Shown: in pieces, positions 15,873-24,197 of the stretch
Layout of the letters: each line of letters opens with the position of its first letter
How positions within the stretch are numbered: position 1 is the stretch's first letter
From: a virus
Taxonomy: Duplodnaviria; Caudoviricetes
Virus record (IMG/VR): IMGVR_UViG_3300049228_000101
Coordinates: 1-29,002 of that record
DNA length: 29,002 nt
Direction: 5' to 3' (one strand)
The notes under the pieces: model-generated
The model's input: the letters and a program-made list of their open reading frames with translations, nothing else
What the model was told of the DNA's origin: nothing
Databases searched by the model: none
Position numbers and translations under genes: made by a program

Positions 15873-16323
15873 TTTCGATTACACAGAAAAAGACACAGGT
15901 GGAAAAGAATCCACTCCGCTTGCCGATGGAATCTACGACGGTAAAGTTGAGAAGGCAGAAGTCAGAAAAACCAAAGCAGAGCAAGAGTACATCAACCTTC
16001 AGCTGCGTTTATCTAACAACCGCGTTTTGTTTGAGCGCATTACGCTTAATGCTACCAATCCTAAGGCTAAAGAAATTGCGCAGAAGAAAGTAAAGCAGAT
16101 TGTCACTAACGGTTTGGCTAAGACTGCTGAGAAAAAATCCACATTCACAAGTCTTCAGGATATTGCGTCCTACTTAACTGGTATGCCCGTTAAGATTAAA
16201 TATGCATACAAGGGCAAGAACCCAGCAGGCTATGATGTTGAGCAACTGTTCTACCAGCCAGTAGATGATACTGCCCGCAGCTCTGGGAGAGTTAACGCCG
16301 CTACCAAAGGGCCAAGTTACTAG
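15862..16323 (+). CDS. DUF669-like single-stranded DNA-binding protein
   Basis: PLADGIYDGKVEKAEVRKTK...YINLQL OB-fold-like pattern, in the usual position after Sak4. Confidence 0.75.
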   Translation: MNFNFDYTEKDTGGKESTPLADGIYDGKVEKAEVRKTKAEQEYINLQLRLSNNRVLFERITLNATNPKAKEIAQKKVKQIVTNGLAKTAEKKSTFTSLQDIASYLTGMPVKIKYAYKGKNPAGYDVEQLFYQPVDDTARSSGRVNAATKGPSY

Positions 16324-16403
16324 GAACCAATTTGCGCCGGACTTCTTTTGTTAACGTCAATTGAAGCTTAGGATTCCCAGGTGGTCACCGGCGCAATTCT
16401 TTT

Positions 16404-18254
16404 ATGAAAGCAAGAGATTCACAGCTCGAAGATGTAGCTGCTGTTCGCGCTCATTTTCGAGCCGGTCACAGGTTCGCATTGGGGCAGGCAGCCACTGGCT
16501 ACGGCAAGACTGTGATGGCGTGCGAACTTATTCGGCAGCTCTCATCCACCTACCAAGAGATGCGCGTTTGCATTATCGTACCAAAGCTTGCCATTATAGA
16601 TTCGTTTACCAAGACTTTATCGCAGTTCATGAATCCAAATATAATAACGATTGCGGCTACTTCCTCTCACGGTAAGGATCTTTCGGGGCAGATTGTTATT
16701 GGCAGTTATCAGACTCTATCGCGTATAAATGATTTGCCGTTCTTTGATCTAGTTATCGCAGATGAGGCCCATAGAATTAACGAGAAAGATCCTAAATCTG
16801 GTTATTACCAGGTCATCAGATCTCTTACACCCAACAACGACACCCGTGTACTCGCACTAACGGCAACGCCCTTCCGCGAGACAGGCTACATCTATGGCCA
16901 GGACAAGATGTTTAAAGAGCTTGTGTTTAAGCGAGATCTTCTGTGGACAACAGAGCAGGGGATTACGGTTAAAGCAAAGTTAGTCGGCGGCAATAACAAC
17001 ACTAACTTTGATATATCTTCGCTTACAATAGACAATACTGGGGAGTATTCACAGGGATCTCTGGCACAGTTATCACAGAATGAATCCAAAGCGCGTGCCC
17101 AGGTTGATGACCTATTAAATAGGTCATATGACCTACGAAAGATAGCTATTGCCTGCACGAACATAGAGCACGCTATGTTGATCCACAGCCTACTGATTAA
17201 GCGTGGGCAGAAGGCTCAGCTTATTCACTCCGAGCAAGACTGGGACGACAGGATGCAATCGCTTGGAGATTTCCAAACTGATCCACAAGTGCGCTTTCTT
17301 GTGTTTATTTCCATTGTTGCAGAGGGTTTTGATTTCCCACCGATAGATTGCATTGTTCTATTGAGGCCAACACGTCGTGCGAACTTGTACGTTCAGTGTG
17401 TTGGCCGTGGGCTTCGCACATCGCCTGGGAAGACTTACTGCCTTGTTCTTGACTACGGCAAGGTGGTTGAGAACTGCGGACCACTTAACGCTCCGTTTGT
17501 TTCAGACGGTGGGCGCAAGGGACTTGAGAAAGTTAAGGCCGCATCAGATGTGGACATCATTCAGTGCCTTTGCTGCGGGGCTTTTTTCTTTCCGAGCATT
17601 CATGCCGAGAACCCACAGTGCCCACACTGTGGGAAAGTGCACGAGAGGCCAGCCAAGAAAAACAATAGCCTTCAGAAGGAGGCTGCAACCGATGGTCTTC
17701 TTTACGATCTTGATGCCAGTGTTAATAAGAAGAAGAGAGCTAAAAGAGAGAATAAAACATTTACGCTTGATTACGTTAATTGGAAGCCATGTGGGTCTAC
17801 TGATATTTCCAGGAGGCAGTGGAAGATAATAGAAATGTGGTCAAAGGAAGAACCAAGGTGGCCATATAAAGTATTTGTTCCAAATGCCAGGTGGAAAGAT
17901 GGTAGACAGCGTTGGCAGCTTGAAGAAGCTAAACGTGTTGAGCCAGAACTTGAGTCCTTTATGAACGCAGTAAGTCCAGATTTTGATATAGCAAATATTA
18001 ATACCATTGTTGTTATAAGACCAAAAACTTTGTTTAGAGTTGTATTATCTGTTTCAACCGATGGGAAAAACGTTGGAAGACTGATTAGTTTTTATCCTCT
18101 TATACAAGAAGAAATAGACGCTCTTAATTTACCAAAAGACAATGAAGATGAGGCTTTAAACGCAGCACGTCGAGCGTTCGGATTTGAACATGTTGGTCGT
18201 AAGGGCTACGATGTGAATGGTGAGTCTGGGGAATGGGAAGGAGAGGGAACTTGA
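16404..18254 (+). CDS. SF2 DEAH helicase (RadD/YejH-like) with Zn ribbon
   Basis: AATGYGKT, DEAH, LTATP, EGFDFP, YVQCVGRGLR and CLCC...CPHC. Confidence 0.92.
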   Translation: MKARDSQLEDVAAVRAHFRAGHRFALGQAATGYGKTVMACELIRQLSSTYQEMRVCIIVPKLAIIDSFTKTLSQFMNPNIITIAATSSHGKDLSGQIVIGSYQTLSRINDLPFFDLVIADEAHRINEKDPKSGYYQVIRSLTPNNDTRVLALTATPFRETGYIYGQDKMFKELVFKRDLLWTTEQGITVKAKLVGGNNNTNFDISSLTIDNTGEYSQGSLAQLSQNESKARAQVDDLLNRSYDLRKIAIACTNIEHAMLIHSLLIKRGQKAQLIHSEQDWDDRMQSLGDFQTDPQVRFLVFISIVAEGFDFPPIDCIVLLRPTRRANLYVQCVGRGLRTSPGKTYCLVLDYGKVVENCGPLNAPFVSDGGRKGLEKVKAASDVDIIQCLCCGAFFFPSIHAENPQCPHCGKVHERPAKKNNSLQKEAATDGLLYDLDASVNKKKRAKRENKTFTLDYVNWKPCGSTDISRRQWKIIEMWSKEEPRWPYKVFVPNARWKDGRQRWQLEEAKRVEPELESFMNAVSPDFDIANINTIVVIRPKTLFRVVLSVSTDGKNVGRLISFYPLIQEEIDALNLPKDNEDEALNAARRAFGFEHVGRKGYDVNGESGEWEGEGT

Positions 18255-18570
18255 GGTTGAGCGCGCTTGCCTTGTGTGGCTTAATCAGAACGGCTGGTTT
18301 GCGTGGAAGAATCCAAGCTTAGGAGTATATGATGTTAAGTCAAAGAGTTTTAGAAAACCTGCCCCTTTTACTTTGCGCGGGGCAAGTGATTGTATCGCTA
18401 TTAGGTCTGATGGTTTGGTGGCTTTCATCGAATTCAAAGCAGAGGGCGGCAGGCAGTCAGAGCATCAAGCACTTTTCCAGAATCAGATTACAAAGAATAA
18501 AGGGCACTACATTTTAGTTAGGTCGCTGGAGGGGATGATCAGTGAGCTTGACCAAATACAGAGCAAGTAA
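18217..18570 (+). CDS. VRR-NUC family nuclease (Holliday junction resolvase-like)
   Basis: E..VE..C..WL, GASD, FIEFKAEGGRQSEHQ..F, G.Y..VRS. Confidence 0.88.
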   Translation: MVSLGNGKERELEVERACLVWLNQNGWFAWKNPSLGVYDVKSKSFRKPAPFTLRGASDCIAIRSDGLVAFIEFKAEGGRQSEHQALFQNQITKNKGHYILVRSLEGMISELDQIQSK

Positions 18571-18811
18571 CGGAGAGTTAATCAGGATATGCAGCAAATG
18601 CGGAGAGCATAAGCCCGTTAAGACTGGTTATTTTAATAAGAAAAATTTACGTTGTAAGGAATGCAGATTAAGGGGGATGGATGTCATTAACGAAGTCAAG
18701 CGAATGGGTAGAGAAAAGAAGAAAGAGAATTGGGGGTTCAGAGGTAGCATCGATCCTTGGCATATCCCCGTACAGGTCGGCCTACGATCTGTGGATGGAG
18801 AAGACCGGTAA
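18542..18811 (+). CDS. Small Zn-finger protein
   Basis: RICSKCGEHKP...F...CKEC. GGAGGGG upstream. The 3' half overlaps the YqaJ gene in another frame. Confidence 0.55.
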   Translation: MSLTKYRASNGELIRICSKCGEHKPVKTGYFNKKNLRCKECRLRGMDVINEVKRMGREKKKENWGFRGSIDPWHIPVQVGLRSVDGEDR

Positions 18812-19571
18812 GAAAGAGCCAGAGGATCTCTCAAACCTTCCTCACATTATTCGTGGCCATCTTGGTGAGGAAACTTGCAGGATGATTATAGAGCAGGAGA
18901 TGCTTAAGGCGTTTCGGCCCAAGATGTGGAACCACCCGACACTTGAATACATCGGAGCCTCAGACGATGGGTGGAACATTGACGACAATATCCTCTTGGA
19001 AATAAAGTGCATGGGAAAAGCCAACCATGCAAGGGCAGCGGCTGGAGAGATCCCGCCGCATTATGCATGTCAGTGCCAGTACAACCTCTATGTATCGCAG
19101 GCAGTTAAATGCCTGTTCATCAGCTTTCGTCCAGAGGATGGAACAAAGCATGTGATTGAAGTTTTCCCTGATCCAAAAGAACAAGAGCGTATAGTTGCGG
19201 CTGTATCGAATTTCTGGCTTAATAATGTATTGAAAGACATTCCGCCACCGATAGCCGATGGCGATTACCGTGAGGTGAAAGATGAAGCGCTCCAAAAAAC
19301 AATCCAAGAGTTCAAAGATCTGCACGCTCAAAGCAAAATCATCGAAGCAAAAATCGAAGAGTGTAAAAGTAGACTTCGACCTTATGTCTCAGTCCACCAT
19401 GCTGTGGTTTGCTCTGGTGTTAAGCTTCTACTCACTACGCAACAGGGTCGTATCGATTACAAGCGATATGCTGCAGACGGGAAGGTTTCTAACGAGACTT
19501 TGGAAAAATACCGCGGTAAGCCTGTGGAGTCGTTTCGTGTCTTCATTCCAGCATCTGAGATTTTAGTGTGA
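18681..19571 (+). CDS. YqaJ/lambda-exonuclease family recombinase nuclease
   Basis: EW...R..RIGGSEVASILGISPY.SAYDLW.EKTG, GASDDG, LEIKC, Y..Q.Q. Confidence 0.93.
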   Translation: MSLTKSSEWVEKRRKRIGGSEVASILGISPYRSAYDLWMEKTGKKEPEDLSNLPHIIRGHLGEETCRMIIEQEMLKAFRPKMWNHPTLEYIGASDDGWNIDDNILLEIKCMGKANHARAAAGEIPPHYACQCQYNLYVSQAVKCLFISFRPEDGTKHVIEVFPDPKEQERIVAAVSNFWLNNVLKDIPPPIADGDYREVKDEALQKTIQEFKDLHAQSKIIEAKIEECKSRLRPYVSVHHAVVCSGVKLLLTTQQGRIDYKRYAADGKVSNETLEKYRGKPVESFRVFIPASEILV

Positions 19572-19711
19572 AAAGTCAGTCAACAAACGCTGGTAGATGT
19601 GCATGTTTTAACCATAGTAATTACAGGGTTATATGGGACCCAATTCTTAACAGTAATTTTACACACTACGAAGATTAGTTCTGTCATAGTATCTCTATAA
19701 CGGAGGTACGT

Positions 19712-20053
19712 ATGAAAAAGATAGCAGTGAGGGTTTTAGCTGTATATTTGGTTTTGTTGTTTGAGGCTCGAGTCGGCATATTTGGGCGAGTGTGGAATTT
19801 AGGATTCGGTGTAACTTCTGATTTATTAGGCTGTGCTACAAGGTCTATTTGTGTAATTAAAGACCATTGGACAGGTTACGATATGGACGCTGAGTGGGCA
19901 GAGTTGCAGTACCCAAAAAAACTTTGGTATTCAAATTTAACCAAAGAAGAGGAAGCTAGCCGTGTTGAATTTTTTTATGAGATGAGAGCAAGACGCCCAA
20001 TAAATACAATAAGACCTAGCCAAAGAAAAGCGACTCAATATAGTAGTAATTAG
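19712..20053 (+). CDS. Hypothetical membrane-anchored protein
   Basis: RBS GGAGGT. MKK followed by a hydrophobic stretch. Confidence 0.65.
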   Translation: MKKIAVRVLAVYLVLLFEARVGIFGRVWNLGFGVTSDLLGCATRSICVIKDHWTGYDMDAEWAELQYPKKLWYSNLTKEEEASRVEFFYEMRARRPINTIRPSQRKATQYSSN

Positions 20054-20331
20054 AAGCCATTAACGCCAGCATTGTTCTTAAGACGGTCATGCTGCATTTT
20101 TTCCTCAAACCGCTTTTGGTATAATATGTCTTCAAGATTAGATGCTTCCTTCGCACGAGCATCGATTGTGGAGTCAGATGGCGGGAATATGTAGTCATAA
20201 ACATTAAGAGCGCCAGTTTTTAATGCTTCAACAGCGCCTAAATTTTTAGTACCTTCTTGCATACGTTTTTGCATTTGAAGCTTTTCGTATCTATTGAGTT
20301 TTTCTATATCTGACATTTCTTTATCGGCCAT
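20050..20331 (-). CDS. Hypothetical protein (93 aa)
   Basis: Start reassigned to ATG 20331 (MADKEMSD...), 9 nt behind a TTGATC-17-TACAAT promoter. Confidence 0.65.
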   Translation of the reverse strand: MADKEMSDIEKLNRYEKLQMQKRMQEGTKNLGAVEALKTGALNVYDYIFPPSDSTIDARAKEASNLEDILYQKRFEEKMQHDRLKNNAGVNGF

Positions 20332-20340
20332 ATACGATAT

Positions 20341-20376
20341 ATTGTACCTTGGAGTTTTTACACGATCAAGTACAAT
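20341..20376. promoter_or_regulatory. Divergent overlapping sigma-70 promoters
   Basis: Minus strand: TTGATC(20369)-17 bp-TACAAT(20346-20341). Plus strand: TACAAT 20371-20376, with ATG 7 nt later. Confidence 0.6.
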
Positions 20377-20383
20377 GAAATGT

Positions 20384-20614
20384 ATGATGGTCGAGAAGTA
20401 CGAAATCTTCGTTAAAGCATGTACCACAATGGAGCAGCTTTACACGATTGCCGGCATTATAGCCGAGGAATTTGACGGTCAGCCAGAGATCATCGAGTAC
20501 TTCAAGGAAATGTGCACCAAGCAGCTTGAGTTCATACACGATAAGAAAGTAACGCACGAAACCTTAATGGCTGGGAATTTATTCCAACCAACTAATGTTG
20601 TGGTTAAGGCTTGA
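20384..20614 (+). CDS. Hypothetical acidic protein
   Basis: Probable start at ATG 20384 (or 20375). The stop overlaps the HNH start. Confidence 0.6.
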   Translation: MMVEKYEIFVKACTTMEQLYTIAGIIAEEFDGQPEIIEYFKEMCTKQLEFIHDKKVTHETLMAGNLFQPTNVVVKA

Positions 20615-21180
20615 AGGCTCAAAAGGGCCGAAACATCAACGGAATCTGGCAGAACCCAGAAGCTGTTCTCACAAGGCTTTATTCATACTTCAAACAACAA
20701 TCACGCAGAAAGTCTATGGAGTGGAGAATCTCCAAGGAGCAGTTTCGTTTGATGATATTTGCTCCGTGTTTTTACTGCGGAGCGGAACCAAGAAACTCTA
20801 TTATTGGAGCTTGCGGTAAGAAAACCACTCCTAAGCACACCAAGGCGAAATTCTATCAAGGAATAGATCGCATAGATTCAACCATGGGGTATTTAGCTTC
20901 AAACGTTGTTCCGTGCTGCCCTAGCTGTAACCACTTAAAACTTAACCAAGGAATAGGAGACATCATATGCCGACTATCATCAATGCTTCCCAAGCTGAAG
21001 GAACTTCATACAGAAGCATCGGAGCTAAAGAGCGTCGACGTTATGAATCCCGTTTTGGTAAGATGGCTCGGGTATCACGCCATGACTATTCAATCATCTA
21101 TTGCAGAGAACTTACATCAGGAGGGCAGAACCTTGCGGGGCTCTGCGAGCCAAATGAGAGACATGTCTACATTAACATAG
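20611..21180 (+). CDS. HNH-family endonuclease
   Basis: PCFYCG...GIDRIDSTMGYLASNVVPCCPSCNHLK. Confidence 0.85.
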   Translation: MKAQKGRNINGIWQNPEAVLTRLYSYFKQQSRRKSMEWRISKEQFRLMIFAPCFYCGAEPRNSIIGACGKKTTPKHTKAKFYQGIDRIDSTMGYLASNVVPCCPSCNHLKLNQGIGDIICRLSSMLPKLKELHTEASELKSVDVMNPVLVRWLGYHAMTIQSSIAENLHQEGRTLRGSASQMRDMSTLT

Positions 21181-21344
21181 ACTATGATCCTATAGAGGAA
21201 ACACTACTGCACGAGCTGTTTCATGCCGAGTTTTCAGAGAGCGGTTTGCACCAAACCAATGTGTGGAATCATGACTTAGAAGAGTTAGTTGTTGAGCTAC
21301 TTAGTAAAGCAATGAGCCATTTGTTTTACATACGCAAACGCTAA
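20967..21344 (+). CDS. Zincin-like (HExxH) metallopeptidase-fold protein
   Basis: GLCEPNERHVYIN...ETLLHELFHA...EELVV. The true start may be ATG 21062. Confidence 0.75.
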   Translation: MPTIINASQAEGTSYRSIGAKERRRYESRFGKMARVSRHDYSIIYCRELTSGGQNLAGLCEPNERHVYINIDYDPIEETLLHELFHAEFSESGLHQTNVWNHDLEELVVELLSKAMSHLFYIRKR

Positions 21345-21436
21345 GACTTTTTCTTCTTTTTTTGAATGGCCTTGTAGACGTTCTTCTTGCCAGTGTAATC
21401 ATTCAGCATGTTGCTATAGTTTGTTGCAGTTGCCAT
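21341..21436 (-). CDS. 31-aa basic micropeptide (not in ORF track)
   Basis: MATATNYSNMLNDYTGKKNVYKAIQKKKKKS. TAATG stop/start overlap and GGAGG RBS. Confidence 0.65.
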   Translation of the reverse strand: MATATNYSNMLNDYTGKKNVYKAIQKKKKKS

Positions 21437-22827
21437 TATTCCTCCAACTGATCTGATAGGGCTTTCCCGCCACGTCTAATACCAATAGCTAAAGGCTTTT
21501 GTCCTACGCGAAGTGCCTGCCCTAGAGCAGTGCGCCCTGCGGTTGTGTTTGCAGCTTCTACGGCTTTCTTGAGTGCAAGAGCCGGTATACCAACCTGCGG
21601 AGCACCAAAGGAACCTCCAGCAAGTAGTGCATCAACTACGGTTATGCCTTTTTTACGGGCTTCCTTTTTAGCTTCACGTTGCAAGAGTGGAAGAGCTGCC
21701 TTGGTTTGGCCATATGCTTTGTTGGCCTTCTTAAGAGCTTCTCCGCCAGCCTTATCGGTCGCATCGGTAATTGCGCTGACCATTTGCTTTTCTACCTGTG
21801 TGGCTTGACTGATCGGCTGTGCTCCGTACTGTGTGGGCTTATATACATTAGCAGGTAAATTCTGCCTAAGATTTCTCTTCATTTGTAATGCTTCTGCTAA
21901 AGGGTACCCAGTTTCTTTTTGACTAGAAATTAGCAATGTCTCCAGGTCTTTTGCTTCATTTTGTAACAATGGGCTTTCTTTTAATTGGTTAAGAATCTCA
22001 TAAGCATTTGGGGGCAAATGATTCTTCTCATCGTACATCTTTACAAATTTTTCTAAGGAGTCTGCCTCATTTTTTAGACCCGGGTCTTTTCGCATGTTGT
22101 TAATTGTTGAAAGTGCTTCTGAAAAATCAGGCTTGACTCTAATATCACCAGCAGCCGCTACTGCTTTGTTGATATCTTGCCCAGCTGTTTCTCTTAGTGC
22201 GTTTGTTGCCTTACGAGCACCTTCTGACGTGCCGACAAATCCTTCTTTAAAGAGAGTCTCAGAGATAGGTGCTACGCCCTTCTCTGCCAGCTCTCTATCA
22301 ATTGACCCAAAGCCGCCTTTAAATATTTTGCGACCAGCTCCTTCAATGGCTGGCTCAAGTGATGCAGCTCTAAGAGCTTTACTACCACCAGGCGCTCCTA
22401 CGTATGTGAGTGGATCTGTAGCGACATCGCCAGCAAAACCTAGAACATCTCTGCCTGTGATTTTTGCATTAGTGAATGGAACATCAACTGATCCCATCTC
22501 TGGGACTTGTGCTCGTTCAAGATAATCAGCAGTCGTTGGAGCACGGCCCTTGAGAGCTGCAAGTAGATCTTCTGGGTTTACCACAGAAGGATTACCAGCT
22601 AGAATGTTCACAGCGTTTGGAACTCCAGCATAAGCTGTGCGTGCTATACCGCCAGCATAATCAAGACCACGAAGGCCAAGCATAAGACCTTTTTTACCAA
22701 CATCCAGAACATTCTGGGTTGTTGTTGGCTCTTCTGGTTGAGATTGAGCCTGTTCTTCAAGCGCACGAATGCGCTCGATTCTTTTAATGCGCTCTATTCT
22801 CTGTGCTCTGTCTTGGTTATCGGCCAC
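21436..22827 (-). CDS. Internal virion / DNA-ejection protein
   Basis: Ala/Gly-rich helical 463 aa with GFAGDVATDPLTYVG motif. Last large gene of the virion block. Confidence 0.65.
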   Translation of the reverse strand: MADNQDRAQRIERIKRIERIRALEEQAQSQPEEPTTTQNVLDVGKKGLMLGLRGLDYAGGIARTAYAGVPNAVNILAGNPSVVNPEDLLAALKGRAPTTADYLERAQVPEMGSVDVPFTNAKITGRDVLGFAGDVATDPLTYVGAPGGSKALRAASLEPAIEGAGRKIFKGGFGSIDRELAEKGVAPISETLFKEGFVGTSEGARKATNALRETAGQDINKAVAAAGDIRVKPDFSEALSTINNMRKDPGLKNEADSLEKFVKMYDEKNHLPPNAYEILNQLKESPLLQNEAKDLETLLISSQKETGYPLAEALQMKRNLRQNLPANVYKPTQYGAQPISQATQVEKQMVSAITDATDKAGGEALKKANKAYGQTKAALPLLQREAKKEARKKGITVVDALLAGGSFGAPQVGIPALALKKAVEAANTTAGRTALGQALRVGQKPLAIGIRRGGKALSDQLEE

Positions 22828-23719
22828 TTGTCAACTGCTCCTCATAAGCGGCAAGTTCTGCATCGCTCATGGCGTTTAAATCAACTGCCTGTTTCTTAGG
22901 TGCGGCATTGGGAACGTTAACAAGAGGAATAGAATTAAGAGCAGGCCCTGCAGATCCTTTGAGAGTTTCTAGTATTTGCTGTCTATTGGCATCCTTCTGA
23001 GCAAGAACATCAGGCGTATCGCCAAGTCTTGGGAAGTATTGCTGCTCAGCACTTGCAAACTCTGATGGAGAAATAGCAGCTCCGGACTCACGTCTCAGAA
23101 CAGCGTTAACGAAATTTCTTTCAGCTTGTTCTTGAGATAGTAAGTTGCCAGACTTCATTGCGTTTAGAAGTTTTGACTCTGCAGCGGCTGCTCCAGATGC
23201 TCTGTTGAATCCTGATTTCTTCAGATTACCGAATACTTGTTCTGATTGCTCAAGACGACGTGCATAGCCTGCAGCTGCCTTTTGAGGCTCGGTACCTTCT
23301 TTGGCTTTTTTCAAACGTTCTTGACCAAGCTGTGCTTGGAGATCTTTTTGTGGTTGGCCAAGCAGTGCCTTAACTGCAAATTCTCCACTAGGAGCTTTCT
23401 GCGCAAAAAGATTATCGGCAAGCTGGTTGCTACGAGCTTGGTCGGCCTTATTTGTGGCGTTAAGAGACTGAGCTGCAGCCATGGGAGCATCGCTACCAGT
23501 GTACTCTTTAAGAAGTGCTGCAAGAGGAGTAAAGTCTATTGGAGTTCCTTGTGAAGCAATGTGTGCTTCAAGTTGCTGCTTAAGAAGATCTTTTTGCATC
23601 GCTGCATCTTCCTGTTGTTTCTTATACAACTCAGCAATCGTAGCTTTTTGCTCTGGGCCCATTTGGGCTTGTTGCTCTGCTTGTTGAAGTTGCAGTAACT
23701 CCATTAAATCTTGATCCAT
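22817..23719 (-). CDS. Internal virion / DNA-ejection protein
   Basis: Gln/Ala-rich, with the recurrent phage motif AERNFVNAVLRRESGAAISPSEF...YFP..GD. Confidence 0.7.
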   Translation of the reverse strand: MDQDLMELLQLQQAEQQAQMGPEQKATIAELYKKQQEDAAMQKDLLKQQLEAHIASQGTPIDFTPLAALLKEYTGSDAPMAAAQSLNATNKADQARSNQLADNLFAQKAPSGEFAVKALLGQPQKDLQAQLGQERLKKAKEGTEPQKAAAGYARRLEQSEQVFGNLKKSGFNRASGAAAAESKLLNAMKSGNLLSQEQAERNFVNAVLRRESGAAISPSEFASAEQQYFPRLGDTPDVLAQKDANRQQILETLKGSAGPALNSIPLVNVPNAAPKKQAVDLNAMSDAELAAYEEQLTSGR

Positions 23720-23731
23720 TAGGAAACTCCT

Positions 23732-24193
23732 TTATAAACTAAAGCCGCCGGGAAACTTCACAGCATCTTTAGCAAGAGAAAGGTATGCGTTTTTTTCTTC
23801 ATCTTGATTTTTTAAAGAATCAATAAGACCTTGTTGAGCTGCATCTTTTTGAAGCCCTTTGTATATGTTGTATCCTTGGGCAGCTCCAGTAGCTCCACCT
23901 GCAAGTGCAGATAACCCGCCACCTGGAGTGTATTCTTCTGGCTGTACTTGGTAGCCTTTTTGACCAACAAACGGTGAGTATTCGGTATCAATGCGTGCCA
24001 GTTTAGCTGCGTTCTGTGCTGCTTGTTCAGCCGCTTTGCGCCTGGATCTACCATGAAGAAGACCACCAATCCCTCCACCTATGGCGCCAATAGCACCACC
24101 AATAACGTTTCCAATCCCAGGGACAACGCTACCAAGAGATGCCCCCATTTTTGCGCCCTTACCAGCTCCACCCAATGCGTCTCCTGCACTCAT
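23732..24193 (-). CDS. Glycine-zipper ejection protein (P22 gp7/T7 gp14-like role)
   Basis: GASLGSVVPGIGNVIGGAIGAIGGGIGGLL glycine zipper. Confidence 0.7.
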   Translation of the reverse strand: MSAGDALGGAGKGAKMGASLGSVVPGIGNVIGGAIGAIGGGIGGLLHGRSRRKAAEQAAQNAAKLARIDTEYSPFVGQKGYQVQPEEYTPGGGLSALAGGATGAAQGYNIYKGLQKDAAQQGLIDSLKNQDEEKNAYLSLAKDAVKFPGGFSL

Positions 24194-24197
24194 ATTT

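Noticed and set aside
21530-23687. Plus-strand ORFs within the ejection-protein genes
   Set aside because: They are antisense shadows caused by Ala/Leu/Gln codon bias.
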